In this document: positions 30,388 to 42,664 of the stretch, piece by piece | Layout of the letters: each line of letters begins with the position of its first letter | Numbering within the stretch: position 1 is the first letter of the stretch | NCBI GenBank assembly: GCA_002390205.1 | Contig: DGOV01000083.1 | Coordinates: forward strand, 1,788-65,787 | DNA: 64,000 nucleotides | DNA from: Proteobacteria bacterium UBA4457 | GTDB taxonomy: Bacteria > Pseudomonadota > Gammaproteobacteria > Ga0077536 | Reading direction: 5' to 3' | The notes under the pieces: generated by a model | Database searches by the model: none | The model's input: only the letters and a program-made list of their open reading frames with translations | What the model was told of the DNA's origin: nothing | Translations under genes and position numbers: made by a program

Positions 30388-31742
30388 AGGTTTTTTATCT
30401 TTTGCATTAATGTGCTCGGAATCTTTGCAGCTGAGCTGTTACTCATCGACAAGACAGTATCGCCATGCCGTATTCTTTTCAGAACACTTTGAGTTAATTC
30501 ACTGGGAGAGTGGTGGAACTCAAGCATACGAGCGTCTGCGAGCAGTCCTTGGACATCCCATTGGCAATCTCGAGGAAGTAGGATGAAAACTTCATCGGCA
30601 TTCTCTAGAGCATTGGCAAGTTGGTGCCTGTTGGCACCCATTATCAGGCTATTCGAACGAAATTCGACAATGGCGAGCAATCTACGGTCACCAGGTAGAC
30701 TGTTTATAGCGTTGATAGCGACTTTGATAGCGGTAGGGTGATGGGCAAAGTCATCAAAAATATGCACTCCGTTATGCTCGCCATAAAACTCTAATCGTCG
30801 GCGGACATTTTTGAATTCCACCATTGCGGAAAGTCCGCTTTCTATATCTTCTGGCAGCGAAGCTGCGGCACACATCGCAGCGACCATATTTTCCGCATTG
30901 TGCTCGCCAAATATCGGGCATTCAGTTTGTAATTCTTTCCCGTCCGCATCTATGATGGTAATCCTATTACTTGCATCGTTTTCTCCGTTTGTCTTCCATT
31001 CACAATCACCGTCCATGCCAAAAGTCCGCACCTCTGACCAGCAGCCCATTTTTATCGTATCTTTTATTGTCTGAACATGCTCAGAGTGGATTATAGTTGC
31101 CTCGGCAGGCATGGTCCGTATTAAGTGATGAAATTGCTTTTTTATCGCTTCTAGATCTTTAAAAATATCCGCATGATCAAATTCTAAATTGTTAATAACT
31201 AAAGTTCTTGGCCGGTAGTGAACGAATTTCGAGCGCTTGTCGAAAAAGGCGGTGTCATACTCGTCAGCCTCGATTACAAAGTATTTAGATTCTCCCAGTC
31301 TTGCAGAGACGTTAAAATTGCCTGGGACCCCTCCGACAAGGAAGCCAGGACAGAGGCCAGAATTCTCGAGAATCCAAGCAATCATGCTCGTAACCGTAGT
31401 TTTCCCATGGGTCCCAGATACCGCGATTACATGGCGTCCCGATAGCACTTCTTTTTTGAGCCATTCAGGGCCTGACATGTAAGGTATATCGTTGGTTAAC
31501 ACAAATTCTACACATTCATTGCCGCGGGTAAGCGCGTTACCGATCAAAACTAAATCGGGCTTCTCACGCAAGTTATTGGCTGAATAGGAATCAAAGACTT
31601 TTATATCCATTCCGGCAAGTATGTCGCTCATGGGTGGGTAAATGGACAAGTCTGTTCCTGAGACAATATGCCCTTTTTCCTTGGCAAGAGAGGCTAACCC
31701 TGCCATGAATGTTCCGGCAATCCCTAGGATGTGAATGTGCAT
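30384..31742 (-). CDS. mpl: Murein peptide ligase
   Basis: HIHILGIAGTFMAGLA, GTHGKTT, EADEYDTAFFDKRSKF, DDFAHHPTAI. Confidence 0.96.
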   Translation of the reverse strand: MHIHILGIAGTFMAGLASLAKEKGHIVSGTDLSIYPPMSDILAGMDIKVFDSYSANNLREKPDLVLIGNALTRGNECVEFVLTNDIPYMSGPEWLKKEVLSGRHVIAVSGTHGKTTVTSMIAWILENSGLCPGFLVGGVPGNFNVSARLGESKYFVIEADEYDTAFFDKRSKFVHYRPRTLVINNLEFDHADIFKDLEAIKKQFHHLIRTMPAEATIIHSEHVQTIKDTIKMGCWSEVRTFGMDGDCEWKTNGENDASNRITIIDADGKELQTECPIFGEHNAENMVAAMCAAASLPEDIESGLSAMVEFKNVRRRLEFYGEHNGVHIFDDFAHHPTAIKVAINAINSLPGDRRLLAIVEFRSNSLIMGANRHQLANALENADEVFILLPRDCQWDVQGLLADARMLEFHHSPSELTQSVLKRIRHGDTVLSMSNSSAAKIPSTLMQKIKNL

Positions 31743-31833
31743 ATTATTTCAGCATTTATAGTTTGGGTCTCAGACCAGAGCATCAACACTTGCCAGCGCA
31801 ATTCGATGCATGAAAAGCGATGTTTTCAGGCGA

Positions 31834-33057
31834 TTAAGAGTAATGGGACACCACATACTGTTCTAGTAGCTGCTTAAACTCACTAGCGATGTGTTCTCCT
31901 CGAAGAGTTACATGCTTCTCGCCATCTATGAACACCGGAGCTGCCAACCCTTCCCCTGTTCCAGGAAGGCTTATCCCTATGTTAGCGTGCTTGCTTTCTC
32001 CGGGACCATTCACTACGCATCCCATTACTGCGAGACTCATATCTTCTACTCCGGGATGAATGTCTTTCCACTTCGGCATTTGGGTCCTTACATATGCTTG
32101 TATGTCTTGCGCCAGCTCTTGGAATACCGTACTGGTGGTTCTGCCGCAGCCAGGACAAGCGATTACGAGGGGAGTAAAAGACCTTAGACCCATGACTTGT
32201 AAAAGCTCTTGCGCGACTATGACCTCTTGTGTTCGATCCCCGCCAGGCTCGGGCGTTAAGGATATCCTAACTGTGTCTCCAATCCCCTCTTGCATCAGTA
32301 TACTCATGGCGGCAGAGGAGGCGACAATTCCTTTTGAACCCATGCCGGCTTCAGTGAGGCCCAGATGCAAAGGGTAGCTGCACTGTTTTCCAATTCTTCT
32401 GTATACGTTGATAAGATCCTGTACATCACTGCATTTACAAGAAAGGATGATTTTCGACTTGTCGAGTCCAATTTCTTCGGCCTGACGAGCGCTGTTAAGC
32501 GCCGAGAAAATAAGGGCGTCATAGGCGACTTCTTTCGAAGATTTTGGCACCTTTAGTTCGTTATTTTTATCCATCATTTTCGCAACTAGAGAGGGATCTA
32601 AACTGCCATAATTCACGCCGATCCGAACTGGCTTGTTTTGCGCAATGGCAACCTCGATTATGGTTGCGAATTGGTCATCTCGTTTCCTCCCAAATCCAAC
32701 ATTGCCGGGGTTTATCCTATATTTGGCGAGTGCTTCCGCGCAGTCTGGATATTTAGTCAGTAGAATATGTCCGTTGTAGTGAAAATCTCCAACAAGCGGG
32801 ACTGTACAGCCCGTAGAGTCAAGTAGCTCGCGGATTTTGCTCACCTTCTGCGCAGCTTCTTCGGTGTCGACCGTTATTCGGACAAGTTCTGACCCCGCGG
32901 CTGCCAGAGCTTTAACCTGTTTGACAGTGCTAATTGCGTCTGATGTGTCTGTGTTAGTCATTGATTGAACGACAATCGGCGCGCCACCGCCTACTGGAAC
33001 ACTACCTACCAGGGTTTGTAAAGACTGTCTGCGGACATATAAATCAGAATTACTCAA
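31834..33057 (-). CDS. ispG: (E)-4-hydroxy-3-methylbut-2-enyl-diphosphate synthase
   Basis: [46 protein letters not shown]. Confidence 0.97.
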   Translation of the reverse strand: MSNSDLYVRRQSLQTLVGSVPVGGGAPIVVQSMTNTDTSDAISTVKQVKALAAAGSELVRITVDTEEAAQKVSKIRELLDSTGCTVPLVGDFHYNGHILLTKYPDCAEALAKYRINPGNVGFGRKRDDQFATIIEVAIAQNKPVRIGVNYGSLDPSLVAKMMDKNNELKVPKSSKEVAYDALIFSALNSARQAEEIGLDKSKIILSCKCSDVQDLINVYRRIGKQCSYPLHLGLTEAGMGSKGIVASSAAMSILMQEGIGDTVRISLTPEPGGDRTQEVIVAQELLQVMGLRSFTPLVIACPGCGRTTSTVFQELAQDIQAYVRTQMPKWKDIHPGVEDMSLAVMGCVVNGPGESKHANIGISLPGTGEGLAAPVFIDGEKHVTLRGEHIASEFKQLLEQYVVSHYS

Positions 33058-33265
33058 TTATTTTCTCGTAGATTTTTAGGGCTTCCAAGGACAAGAGTAT
33101 ATTATACACTAGCTGGACACGCTTGGAGCCTATTGGTTCAGGGACCGCCCTCTAAATACTCTTATGTTCACGATTCTAAGATAGAGTACTATCTTGACCT
33201 GCTGCTTTACAACAGCTTGCCACATTCTTTAGGGCAACAGGTCTAGAAAAGTCGAGGACAGATGT

Positions 33266-33661
33266 ATGAAAAAAATAAGCAAGACAAACGATGAGTGGCG
33301 AGTAGTACTTACGCCGGCTGCCTATACGGTGTGTCGGGAGCATGGTACCGAAGCACCCTTTTCCGGCGAGTATGATGGATGCAAAAAGAAAGGAATATAT
33401 GAGTGTGTTTGTTGTCAGGCTAGTTTGTTTCGCTCTGAAGACAAATATGATTCAGGTTCAGGTTGGCCTAGTTTTTGGCAAGCGCTCGATGACATGAGCG
33501 TAGTGCTTAAGGAAGACCATAGTCTTGGCATGACGCGTACCGAAGTGATGTGTGCGGTTTGTGATTCTCATTTAGGCCATGTTTTCCCCGATGGGCCTCA
33601 GCCGACAGGCTCGCGTTACTGCATCAATTCTGTGGCGTTACTGCTCAACGATGCAGAGTAG
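33266..33661 (+). CDS. msrB: Peptide-methionine (R)-S-oxide reductase
   Basis: GTEAPFSG, SGSGWPSF, HLGHVFPDGP, RYCINS, two CxxC motifs. Confidence 0.97.
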   Translation: MKKISKTNDEWRVVLTPAAYTVCREHGTEAPFSGEYDGCKKKGIYECVCCQASLFRSEDKYDSGSGWPSFWQALDDMSVVLKEDHSLGMTRTEVMCAVCDSHLGHVFPDGPQPTGSRYCINSVALLLNDAE

Positions 33662-33700
33662 AGTTATCTCTATATTTTGGGACTTAGCGCGAAGAAGATA

Positions 33701-34267
33701 TTAAGTCTTCGGCAAGGTGACTCCTATTTGCCCTTGATATTTACCCTGTCTATCTGCGTAGGATGTTTCACAAGGATCGTCTGATTGGAGAAAGATAAGC
33801 TGAGCTACTCCTTCGTTGGCATAAATTTTTGCAGGTAAAGAGGTGGTGTTTGAAAATTCTAGAGTGATATGACCCTCCCACTCAGGTTCTAATGGAGTGA
33901 CATTAACAATGATGCCGCATCTTGCATAGGTCGATTTACCCAAACATATAGTTAGAATATCTCGTGGGATTTTGAAATATTCGATTGTGCGAGCTAAAGC
34001 AAAAGAGTTTGGAGGAATGACGCAAACGTCTTTTTGAACATCGACAAAGTTACCTGAGTCGAAATTTTTAGGGTCGACAGTTGTTGAGTTCAGGTTGGTA
34101 AATACTTTGAATTCACCAGCACACCTGACATCGTACCCATAGCTTGATGTTCCAAAAGAAATAATTCTTTCTCCTTCAAGTGTTTTAACTTGATAGGGTG
34201 CGAAAGGGTTAATAAGGTCATGGCTTTGTGCCATTTTCCTTATCCATTTGTCTGACTTTATTGGCAA
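33701..34267 (-). CDS. dcd: dCTP deaminase
   Basis: [33 protein letters not shown]. Confidence 0.97.
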   Translation of the reverse strand: MPIKSDKWIRKMAQSHDLINPFAPYQVKTLEGERIISFGTSSYGYDVRCAGEFKVFTNLNSTTVDPKNFDSGNFVDVQKDVCVIPPNSFALARTIEYFKIPRDILTICLGKSTYARCGIIVNVTPLEPEWEGHITLEFSNTTSLPAKIYANEGVAQLIFLQSDDPCETSYADRQGKYQGQIGVTLPKT

Positions 34268-34287
34268 TTTATTGGATCTCCATAGGT

Positions 34288-35373
34288 TTAAGTATTTTGG
34301 ATAACTATTTTAGGGAACTTAGAGGAGAAGTCACGGGCCTTTAGTGCTAGCCGAGCAGCTATTTTCCTTGCTATCTCTCGGTAGCTTTTCGCTATTTCTG
34401 AATCAGGTTCAATCGCCGTGGTAGGCCTACCATTGTCGACTCCTTCGCGAATTCTAATATCTAGCGGAAGCGACCCTAACATCTCTATTTCATATTGTTT
34501 TGCCATTGATTCTCCTCCTCCCGAGCCAAAAATATGTTCCGAGTGCCCGCACTTACTGCATATGTGGACGCTCATATTCTCGATAACTCCAAGGACCGGG
34601 ACGTTAACTTTTTCGAACATCTTAAGTCCTTTTCTCGCGTCGAGTAATGCAATGTCTTGCGGAGTGGTGACGATTACTGCCCCACTCACTGGAATTTTTT
34701 GGCACAAGGTAAGTTGTATGTCTCCCGTGCCCGGTGGGAGGTCGATTATCAAATAATCTAGATCGTGCCAGTTGGTATCGTTGATCAGCTGTTCTAAAGC
34801 CCCTGTTGCCATGGGTCCACGCCAAATCATAGGAGTGTCTTCTTCTATTAGGTTGCCGATAGACATCGTCTGTAATTGATAGCTAACTTTGGGCTCCATA
34901 GATTTCCCGTCCTTACTGTCAGGACGGCCTTGGGTGCCAAGCATTCGAGTCTGGCTGGGCCCGTATATATCCGCATCCAGAACTCCTACTTTGCCACCCT
35001 CTTGTTGTAACGCTATGGCTAAATTCGCAGCGGTGGTCGATTTCCCTACTCCACCTTTTCCCGATGCAATGGCAATAATGTTTTTAACTTGGCTGAGAGG
35101 TTTTGTACCTTTTTGGACTTCTCTAGCAAGTATTTTTGAGGTAACTTGAAAATCAATGTTGCCAACACTCAGCCCAGCGCATAGGGATTCTAGTCTTCTG
35201 ACTAGAATTTCTCGGTAATTATCAATAGGGAACCCGAGTTCAATCTCTACTGTAGTTCCTTGGTCGTGCGTATGGATGTTTTTAAGAGCTCCTGAACTTA
35301 TTAGATCTTTGCCAAGATACGGATCTATTTCATTTTCAATTAGCCTTTTGATTTCAGTTTCTGTCGTGCTCAT
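34288..35373 (-). CDS. apbC: Fe-S cluster carrier ATPase ApbC/Mrp
   Basis: [41 protein letters not shown]. Confidence 0.96.
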   Translation of the reverse strand: MSTTETEIKRLIENEIDPYLGKDLISSGALKNIHTHDQGTTVEIELGFPIDNYREILVRRLESLCAGLSVGNIDFQVTSKILAREVQKGTKPLSQVKNIIAIASGKGGVGKSTTAANLAIALQQEGGKVGVLDADIYGPSQTRMLGTQGRPDSKDGKSMEPKVSYQLQTMSIGNLIEEDTPMIWRGPMATGALEQLINDTNWHDLDYLIIDLPPGTGDIQLTLCQKIPVSGAVIVTTPQDIALLDARKGLKMFEKVNVPVLGVIENMSVHICSKCGHSEHIFGSGGGESMAKQYEIEMLGSLPLDIRIREGVDNGRPTTAIEPDSEIAKSYREIARKIAARLALKARDFSSKFPKIVIQNT

Positions 35374-35487
35374 TTCGGGATTCCGAGGATAGAAAAGATT
35401 TATTTTACACTAATAGCCGTATTTGCGGTTGCTTACTATAATGATCCATATATTTTCATTAATAAATGGTTGTGATGTCGGACGATT

Positions 35488-37509
35488 ATGGAAGAACCCA
35501 AGAGAAAAATCTTAGTAACGAGTGCGCTGCCATACGCAAACGGACCGATTCACATAGGTCATATGGTGGAATATATCCAGACAGATGTATGGGTCCGGTT
35601 TCAGAAAATGAGGGGTCATGAGTGTTATTTTGTTTGCGCGGATGATGCGCATGGAACCCCAATCATGCTTAAGGCTGAAGCTGAGCAGGTGCCACCAGAG
35701 ATGTTGATTGAGCGAATTAGCCGAGAACATCAGCGAGACTTTAGTGCTTTTGGCATTGAGTTTGACAATTATCACTCAACGCATTCAGACGAAAACCGAA
35801 ACATATCTGAGTTTATATACGAACAGCTAAGGAAAGATGACTTGATTGTAGCCCGCACGATAGAGCAGGCGTACGATCCAGTTAAGGGAATGTTCCTTCC
35901 AGATCGTTTCGTTCGAGGAACATGCCCAAGGTGCGCTGCAGTAGAACAATATGGGGACAGTTGCGAGGCTTGTGGCGCAACATATTCGCCTACCGATTTA
36001 ATTGACCCCCTTTCTGTAGTATCTGGCGTTACGCCGGAGTTGAAAAAATCAGAACATCTTTTCTTTACTCTTGCTAAATTCCAGGACGTCCTTCGTGACT
36101 GGATAGCGAACACTGATTTACACTCTGGTGTGGTAAAAAAACTGGAAGACTGGTTTGAAACAGGGCTGAAAGATTGGGATATTTCGCGAGATGCACCTTA
36201 CTTTGGTTTTGAAATACCTGATAATCCCGGAAAGTACTTCTACGTATGGTTGGATGCTCCCATCGGCTATCTTGCTAGTTTTAAAAACCTTTGCGAGTCT
36301 GAAAAGATAGACTTCGAATTATTCCTTCGACCTGAAAGCGACGCTGAGCTTTACCATTTTATTGGTAAAGATATTATGTATTTTCACACTCTTTTTTGGC
36401 CTGCGATGCTTAAAGGAGCTGGCTATCGGTTGCCTACGAACGTTTTCGTGCATGGGTTTCTTACTATAGATGGCAAGAAAATGTCCAAATCAAGGGGGAG
36501 TTTTATAAAAGCTGAAACTTACCTTTCTTTCCTTAGTCCGGATTACCTGCGGTATTATTTTTCTGCGAAATTGACGTCGGGAATTGAGGACATTGACCTG
36601 AACTGGGATGATTTTGAAGCTCGAGTTAATAGTGACCTTGTAGGCAAGTTCGTGAATATTGGAAGCCGTTGTGCAGGTTTCATAACGAAACGCTTCGATA
36701 GCAAGCTTGCTGATGAAATTGCAAACACAGAATTAATGCTATCGTTTTCATCTGCCTCTGCTGATATCGCCAGCTTTTATGAGGAGCGAGAATATGGAAA
36801 GGCGATACGGGAAATTATGGGGCTTGCTGATCTGGCGAATCGGTACATTGATAGTGAGAAGCCGTGGGTTCTAGCAAAAGAAGAAGGTGCCGATAGACAT
36901 CTCCATCTGGTTGTTACAATGGGGATTTTGCTATTTCGTGTTTTAGCGATCTATCTAAAGCCTGTTATTCCTGACATTATTATAGAAATTGAAAAATTTT
37001 TAGGCGAGCCTTCTTTGTCTTGGTCTGATATTCATGCCGCTCCCCTAGGGAACACTATTAATAAATTTATCCCATTAATTGAACGGGTGGAATCAGGGGA
37101 AATCGTGAAAATGATAGACGAAGTCAAAAGAGATGTAGAAGAAGAAAAGACAATAGTCAAAGAGGAGTCTGAGGAGCAAGGGCATCAAATTTCTATTGAG
37201 GACTTCTTAAAAATCGACTTACGGGTGGCGAAGATAGTTACGGCTTCTAGTGTAGTTGGTGCTGATAAACTTTTGAAACTGGATCTAGACGTCGGCGGTG
37301 AGCCGCGGCAAGTATTCGCAGGGATAAAGCAATCCTATGATCCAGAGGAATTAGTCGGGAAGTTGGTTGTAGTTGTTGCTAATTTAGCGCCTCGGAAAAT
37401 GCGGTTTGGCGTCTCTGAAGGGATGATATTGGCTGCCGGCCCAGGTGGCAGCGAAGTATTTTTGCTGGAACCTTCCAATGGGTCAGAGCCTGGTATGAAA
37501 ATTAAATAA
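35488..37509 (+). CDS. metG: Methionine--tRNA ligase with C-terminal tRNA-binding domain
   Basis: [11 protein letters not shown] (HIGH), KMSKS, zinc knuckle, C-terminal IDLRVAKI domain. Confidence 0.98.
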   Translation: MEEPKRKILVTSALPYANGPIHIGHMVEYIQTDVWVRFQKMRGHECYFVCADDAHGTPIMLKAEAEQVPPEMLIERISREHQRDFSAFGIEFDNYHSTHSDENRNISEFIYEQLRKDDLIVARTIEQAYDPVKGMFLPDRFVRGTCPRCAAVEQYGDSCEACGATYSPTDLIDPLSVVSGVTPELKKSEHLFFTLAKFQDVLRDWIANTDLHSGVVKKLEDWFETGLKDWDISRDAPYFGFEIPDNPGKYFYVWLDAPIGYLASFKNLCESEKIDFELFLRPESDAELYHFIGKDIMYFHTLFWPAMLKGAGYRLPTNVFVHGFLTIDGKKMSKSRGSFIKAETYLSFLSPDYLRYYFSAKLTSGIEDIDLNWDDFEARVNSDLVGKFVNIGSRCAGFITKRFDSKLADEIANTELMLSFSSASADIASFYEEREYGKAIREIMGLADLANRYIDSEKPWVLAKEEGADRHLHLVVTMGILLFRVLAIYLKPVIPDIIIEIEKFLGEPSLSWSDIHAAPLGNTINKFIPLIERVESGEIVKMIDEVKRDVEEEKTIVKEESEEQGHQISIEDFLKIDLRVAKIVTASSVVGADKLLKLDLDVGGEPRQVFAGIKQSYDPEELVGKLVVVVANLAPRKMRFGVSEGMILAAGPGGSEVFLLEPSNGSEPGMKIK

Positions 37510-37541
37510 TTTAGCTACACTTAATAAGTGGTGGTGTTTCT

Positions 37542-38138
37542 TTGAAACAAATGAATAGAAAAGAACTGCTGCATAATCTGCTTCCGCAAACACAGTGTAG
37601 ACGTTGTGGCTTTGCTGATTGCAAGGCCTATGCTGACTCTATGGATAGGGGCATTTCCTCACCAAACTTATGCCCTCCTGGCGGAGAGGCTACCCGCGAA
37701 GCACTTTTCAGCGTTCTAGGGATGCCGGTCGATCCGATAGGAGCAATCCATAAAGACGAGGAGATATTGATTGCGCGAATATATGAGGATGAATGTATCG
37801 GATGCACGAAATGTATTCAGCAGTGCCCCACTGATGCCATAATTGGTGCACAATCAGTTATTCATACTGTGGTTGAACAGTGGTGTACCGGTTGTTCTTT
37901 ATGCGTTAGTGTTTGCCCAACAGACTGCATAACGCTTGTTCCTATCTCGGACCTTGCGTTGCGTATTTCCGCTCATGAGAGCGGTGTTCGCTATTCTGAA
38001 ATGAAAGAACGCTTGGCCGTTCATGGCCGTCTTGAAGAGCAAAGAGAATATCTAGATGTTGAAGATCATGAGCAGGAATCTCTAAAAGATATTGTGGCTG
38101 CCGCATTGGATCGCAAGGGACAGGTTCTTGAAGAATAG
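37542..38138 (+). CDS. rsxB: RnfB/RsxB-like Fe-S protein (stand-alone)
   Basis: LPQTQCRRCG..C, NLCPPGG, and two ferredoxin motifs CIGCTKCIQQCP and CTGCSLCVSVCP. Likely ATG start at 37551. Confidence 0.85.
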   Translation: MKQMNRKELLHNLLPQTQCRRCGFADCKAYADSMDRGISSPNLCPPGGEATREALFSVLGMPVDPIGAIHKDEEILIARIYEDECIGCTKCIQQCPTDAIIGAQSVIHTVVEQWCTGCSLCVSVCPTDCITLVPISDLALRISAHESGVRYSEMKERLAVHGRLEEQREYLDVEDHEQESLKDIVAAALDRKGQVLEE

Positions 38139-38170
38139 GGAGATTAGATTGCGAGAAGGATTTATGTCTA

Positions 38171-38815
38171 GTGAACGCTGATATGAGAGCTCAATTTTTT
38201 ACGCGTTTAAGAAATGTAACTCCTATCCCAAAAACTGAACTTAATTATCAATCTAACTTCCAACTATTGATCGCCGTCATCCTATCTGCCCAAGCAACTG
38301 ATGTAAGCGTTAATAAGGCGACGAAGGCATTGTTCGCCGTAGCTCCTGATGCTAAAAAAATGGTTGCGCTCAAAGAGAAAAACCTTAAAGAATATATTAA
38401 AACTATTGGTCTTTTTAATACCAAAGCGTCTAATGTGTTTAAAACTTGTCGAATACTTTGTGAAGAATATAGTGGAGTAGTGCCGAGTACTCGTAGCGAG
38501 TTAGAGGCTCTACCTGGGGTAGGCAGGAAAACAGCTAATGTTATTTTAAATACGGCGTTTGGCGAGCCAACTATAGCGGTGGACACGCATATATTCCGTG
38601 TTTCTAATCGAACTAAACTGGCTCCAGGTAAAACACCGCTGCAAGTCGAGAAAAACTTAATGAAGCGTATACCCGCCGATTTCCACCGTTATGCACATCA
38701 TTGGTTGATCATGCATGGTCGGTATACATGTCTGGCGCGCTCGCCAAAATGTGGAGAATGTTCAGTTTCAGACTGCTGTTCTTGGAATAAGAAAGGAAAC
38801 CATAGTGGTGTCTAG
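38171..38815 (+). CDS. nth: Endonuclease III
   Basis: LLIAVILSAQATD, LPGVGRKTANV, AVDTH, C-X6-C-X2-C-X5-C. Confidence 0.98.
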   Translation: MNADMRAQFFTRLRNVTPIPKTELNYQSNFQLLIAVILSAQATDVSVNKATKALFAVAPDAKKMVALKEKNLKEYIKTIGLFNTKASNVFKTCRILCEEYSGVVPSTRSELEALPGVGRKTANVILNTAFGEPTIAVDTHIFRVSNRTKLAPGKTPLQVEKNLMKRIPADFHRYAHHWLIMHGRYTCLARSPKCGECSVSDCCSWNKKGNHSGV

Positions 38816-38844
38816 CAGAGTTTTTCTGGCTCGGATGGAAGAAA

Positions 38845-39285
38845 ATGGGGAACATTATGTTTGTTGAAGACAAGAACGACGCTAGGCAATTTTTTTTTCA
38901 GGTCTGGGATAAAATGTCCCAAGAAGTAAGGCTTGAACCTCTGGAGTCAGTGATTTCCGATGTAATAAAAACACACCCAGAGTACCATGAGGTGCTTCGA
39001 TCGAAAGACTTGGAGTTCTCTGTAGGATCTAACGGTGATGATGGAGCAAAAAATCCGTTTCTTCATATGGGATTGCATATTGCCCTTATCGAACAGCTCC
39101 AAACGGATCGCCCATCTGGAATTCGAGGCGTATTTCAGGAGCTTGTCTCTAAATATGGCAAGGATGTTCATCGAGCCGAACATTCCGCCATGTCCTGCTT
39201 GGCGGAAGTTCTCCGAGTGGCTACAGGTGATGGCCATGCGCCTGATGAGCAAGAATATTTGAAGAGTATAAGAAAATTAATTTAA
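38845..39285 (+). CDS. DUF1841 family protein
   Basis: RQFFFQVWDK, HPEYH, NPFLHMGLHIAL.EQ..DRP.GI; usual position after nth. Confidence 0.85.
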   Translation: MGNIMFVEDKNDARQFFFQVWDKMSQEVRLEPLESVISDVIKTHPEYHEVLRSKDLEFSVGSNGDDGAKNPFLHMGLHIALIEQLQTDRPSGIRGVFQELVSKYGKDVHRAEHSAMSCLAEVLRVATGDGHAPDEQEYLKSIRKLI

Positions 39286-39504
39286 CTTTTAGAAGATATG
39301 TTTTTGCGAAAGGTCGTTTATGGATAAAAAATCATATAGCCGAACCCAGAAGGATAAAAACCTAGAGAGTTTCAGCTTAGATAGAGTCCTTTAAACAGGG
39401 TTTTTTTGATCATCCGCGTGCTGCTTTAGAAAGTAACGGTTTTCTTTTAAACAGTTCACAATTTCGCTGGCAGGAATTAAACGCAGATTTATTGTGATAA
39501 CAGC

Positions 39505-39828
39505 CTATCTCTCTAGCAAAGAGAGTTTTCCTTCTTTCCCTGCCCATTCTTCAGCGTCAGGAAGAGGGTCAGACATTTCTGTTATAACGGGCCAAGATTT
39601 AGCTAGTTCTGCATTTAACTCAATGAATTGTTGTTCATCATCCGTGAGGTCATCTTCGGATTTTATTGCTTCTACTGGGCATTCTGGCTCACAGAGTGTG
39701 CAATCAATGCACTCGTCCGGATCTATCACAAGGAAATTAGGGCCTTCATGAAAACAGTCAACGGGACACACTTCGACGCAATCCGTATGCTTACACTTAA
39801 TACAATCTTCAAGAACTACAAATGTCAT
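39505..39828 (-). CDS. fdxA: 7Fe ferredoxin (Azotobacter FdI type)
   Basis: [18 protein letters not shown] and [12 protein letters not shown]; next to mutS. Confidence 0.95.
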   Translation of the reverse strand: MTFVVLEDCIKCKHTDCVEVCPVDCFHEGPNFLVIDPDECIDCTLCEPECPVEAIKSEDDLTDDEQQFIELNAELAKSWPVITEMSDPLPDAEEWAGKEGKLSLLER

Positions 39829-39895
39829 TGGTTAAATCTCGTATTCGATAAAATACCTATTATAACCTTGTCAGCACAAACAGCCCAATGGTTTT

Positions 39896-42439
39896 TTATT
39901 TACTGATTTTTCCTTTCATCTCCGCAAGCAAAGCAAGGGCTTGTATTGGGGTGGTGTTATTTACGTCTAGCTTCTGGAGATTTGATCTGAAGTCTTGGAA
40001 TTCGTCTGGTGACAACCGCTCAGTAGAGGGTAGAACTCTGGCGATACTCTGAGGCTCCAGTTTTGACAAAATTTGTTTTGCACGAGTGAGCGTTGCCGCT
40101 GGCACCCCTGCACGTTTTGCAACAACTAACCCGAAGCTTTCGCTGGCAGAACCTTCGCGTACTTTGTGGGTAAACACAACTTCGTCGTTGAAAGAAATAG
40201 CTTCAACCTTAACGTTAGATATTGCTTTTTCTAATACTTCTAGCTTAGTGAGCTCGAAAAAATGCGTCGCGAATAAAGTATAGCCTTTAGTATGGTTTGC
40301 GAGGTATTCGGCTGCTGACCATGCGAGGGCTAGCCCATCATAAGTACTGGTTCCTCTTCCGACTTCATCTATCAGAACAAGACTTTTTTGACTACAATTG
40401 TTGAGAATATGAGCCAGCTCACTCATTTCGACCATAAATGTGCTCTGGCCACCAGATAGATTGTCTGAAGCTCCGATTCGGGTATAGATTGCATCTATAG
40501 GCCCAATACTGGCTTCATCAGCGGGGACAAAGCTTCCGACATAGGCAAGAAGAACGATAATAGCTGTTTGCCGCATATAGGTAGACTTCCCTCCCATATT
40601 GGGCCCTGTAATGAGGAGTAGCCTTCGATCTTCGTCAAAATGAACATCATTTTTCACAAATACTTTTTTCTGCTGATGCTCCACTATAGGGTGTCTACCT
40701 CCTTCTATATGGATGCCATCCTCTGAGTTCAATCTCGGTCGAGTCCATTTGAGTGAGTCCGCCCGTTCGGCAAAAGTTGATAGCACGTCGATTTCAGCAA
40801 TGGCATGAGCCATCTGCAACAGACTGGCCACATTTACTGAAATCGTATTTATGAGGTCAGAGTAAAGCTCTTTTTCCTTGTTTAACGCTTTCTCTTTGGC
40901 GGTGAGTATTCGTGACTCAAAGCTTCGTAATTCTGGAGTGACATATCTTTCGGAGGTTTTAAGTGTCTGTCTTCTCTGGTAGTCTTTAGGAGCCTTGGAG
41001 GAATAGATTTTTCCTATTTCTAAATAATATCCGTGTACTCGGTTGTAACCAATTTTTAACCCACCAATACCGCTTCTTTCTTGCTCTCTTTTTTCGATAG
41101 ACAACAGGTCTTGATTCGCTGTTAGATATATTTTTCTGAGTTCGTCTAGCTCCGCATCATAGCCCTCAGCAATCACGGCATGCTCTTTTATTATCTGGGG
41201 TGGTTCATCTACCAAAGCATTGGCTAATATTTCTTTCAGAGAAGCATGTTCGTTCATGCGACCAGTTATTTCTTTGAGTAGACCAGTGTTTTTTTCTGCA
41301 AGCTCTTTTTTTACGCTAGGTATTTTTATGAGCGTGGCTCTGAGTGACGCTAATTCTTTGGGTTTTACTGTCCCCAGAGCACAACGTGATGCTATTCTTC
41401 CTACGTCACGGAGGCCGGACAACGTCTTTCTTAGGCTGTCTAAAGAGCCGTTTAACAGAAGCTCTGAGACACTATCTTGTCTCTCAGTTAGTTCTTCATG
41501 ACTTGTTATGGGTTCATTTATCCAGCGTTTTAATAAACGGCTTCCCATAGGCGTTTTCGTCGTATTCATTAAGTTATACAGAGACGGAGTTGAATCTTTT
41601 AACCGAGTATTTGCCAGCTCGAGGTTGCCTCTCGTTTTGTCATCAAGGTGTAACATCTTCCCCGGATGTTCGACGATAATCTTACTGACGTGGGTCAGAG
41701 GAGCGCCTTGCATTTTTTCGCAATACTCCAATAGCGAGCCACCGGCACTTATGGCCCCGTCTAGGTCCTGGCAACCGAAACCGTGTAAATTGTCGACTTC
41801 AAAATGGTCGCATAGAGTTTTAAAGCAAGTCATGAGGCTGAAGTGCCAAGCAGGCAATCGCTTGGTTAGGGATTCCCATTTATTATCTAGAGTAGGCATG
41901 TTTTCCGACAATATTATTTCTGAGGCCCTAAGTCTTGATAACTGTTCATATACTTCTTGCAGATTGTTTAGTTGCATCAGACTAAATCGAGCTTCACTTA
42001 TTTCTAATACCGCTAGACCGTAACAACTCTTATCGTTAACTAAAGAGATTATTAAGCTTTCATGTTGCTCGCCTAACAAGTTCTCATCGGAGAGTGTCCC
42101 AGGAGTAAGAGTTCTACTGACTTTTCTTTCGACAGGTTCTTTGGAGTCACTAGATCCACCGACTTGTTCGCAGATTGTCACAGTTTCACCGAGCTTCAAT
42201 AATCGCTGCAGATAGTTATCTGCAGCATGAGCTGGGACTCCAGCCATCGGTATTGGGGTTCCATTACTTTTCCCACGAGAGGTGAGAGTGATATTTAGCA
42301 ACTCGGATGCCCGTTTTGCATCCTCATAGAAAAGCTCGTAAAAGTCGCCCATACGATAAAACAAGAGGTTATCAGGGTGGTCGGCTTTAATTCTTAGGTA
42401 TTGGACCATTCCTGGTGTATGTTTTGTTGACTTATTCAT
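39896..42439 (-). CDS. mutS: DNA mismatch repair protein MutS
   Basis: [37 protein letters not shown]. Start moved to the ATG at 42439 (MNKSTKHTP). Confidence 0.98.
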   Translation of the reverse strand: MNKSTKHTPGMVQYLRIKADHPDNLLFYRMGDFYELFYEDAKRASELLNITLTSRGKSNGTPIPMAGVPAHAADNYLQRLLKLGETVTICEQVGGSSDSKEPVERKVSRTLTPGTLSDENLLGEQHESLIISLVNDKSCYGLAVLEISEARFSLMQLNNLQEVYEQLSRLRASEIILSENMPTLDNKWESLTKRLPAWHFSLMTCFKTLCDHFEVDNLHGFGCQDLDGAISAGGSLLEYCEKMQGAPLTHVSKIIVEHPGKMLHLDDKTRGNLELANTRLKDSTPSLYNLMNTTKTPMGSRLLKRWINEPITSHEELTERQDSVSELLLNGSLDSLRKTLSGLRDVGRIASRCALGTVKPKELASLRATLIKIPSVKKELAEKNTGLLKEITGRMNEHASLKEILANALVDEPPQIIKEHAVIAEGYDAELDELRKIYLTANQDLLSIEKREQERSGIGGLKIGYNRVHGYYLEIGKIYSSKAPKDYQRRQTLKTSERYVTPELRSFESRILTAKEKALNKEKELYSDLINTISVNVASLLQMAHAIAEIDVLSTFAERADSLKWTRPRLNSEDGIHIEGGRHPIVEHQQKKVFVKNDVHFDEDRRLLLITGPNMGGKSTYMRQTAIIVLLAYVGSFVPADEASIGPIDAIYTRIGASDNLSGGQSTFMVEMSELAHILNNCSQKSLVLIDEVGRGTSTYDGLALAWSAAEYLANHTKGYTLFATHFFELTKLEVLEKAISNVKVEAISFNDEVVFTHKVREGSASESFGLVVAKRAGVPAATLTRAKQILSKLEPQSIARVLPSTERLSPDEFQDFRSNLQKLDVNNTTPIQALALLAEMKGKISK

Positions 42440-42664
42440 AGCTGTGTTTAGTTTAGCATTAGAAAATAGGATTGATCGTTTATTTCTGGTTGCCGGTGTA
42501 AGCAGGAGTATTTTTTTCAATACTAAAACTTGTATAATCAACTATTGAACGCCCAACATACGAAAATGGCTTCATTTACCAGCCAAGAAAGTTCGCGGCG
42601 AGTCGATAGACATCTAAATAATAAGAAAGCACTAACTGCATTCACAAGCTAATAGAGGATTCAC

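Noticed and set aside
39286-39504. Second DnaA-box-like region (GGATAAAAA x2, TGTGATAA) between DUF1841 and fdxA
   Set aside because: Matches are partial or gapped, with no consensus TTATNCACA; explicable as AT-rich convergent spacer sequence.
42542-42664. sigma32 promoter or CIRCE element upstream of htpG
   Set aside because: TTGAA is present but there is no CCCCAT at 13-15 nt spacing, and no TTAGCACTC-N9-GAGTGCTAA.
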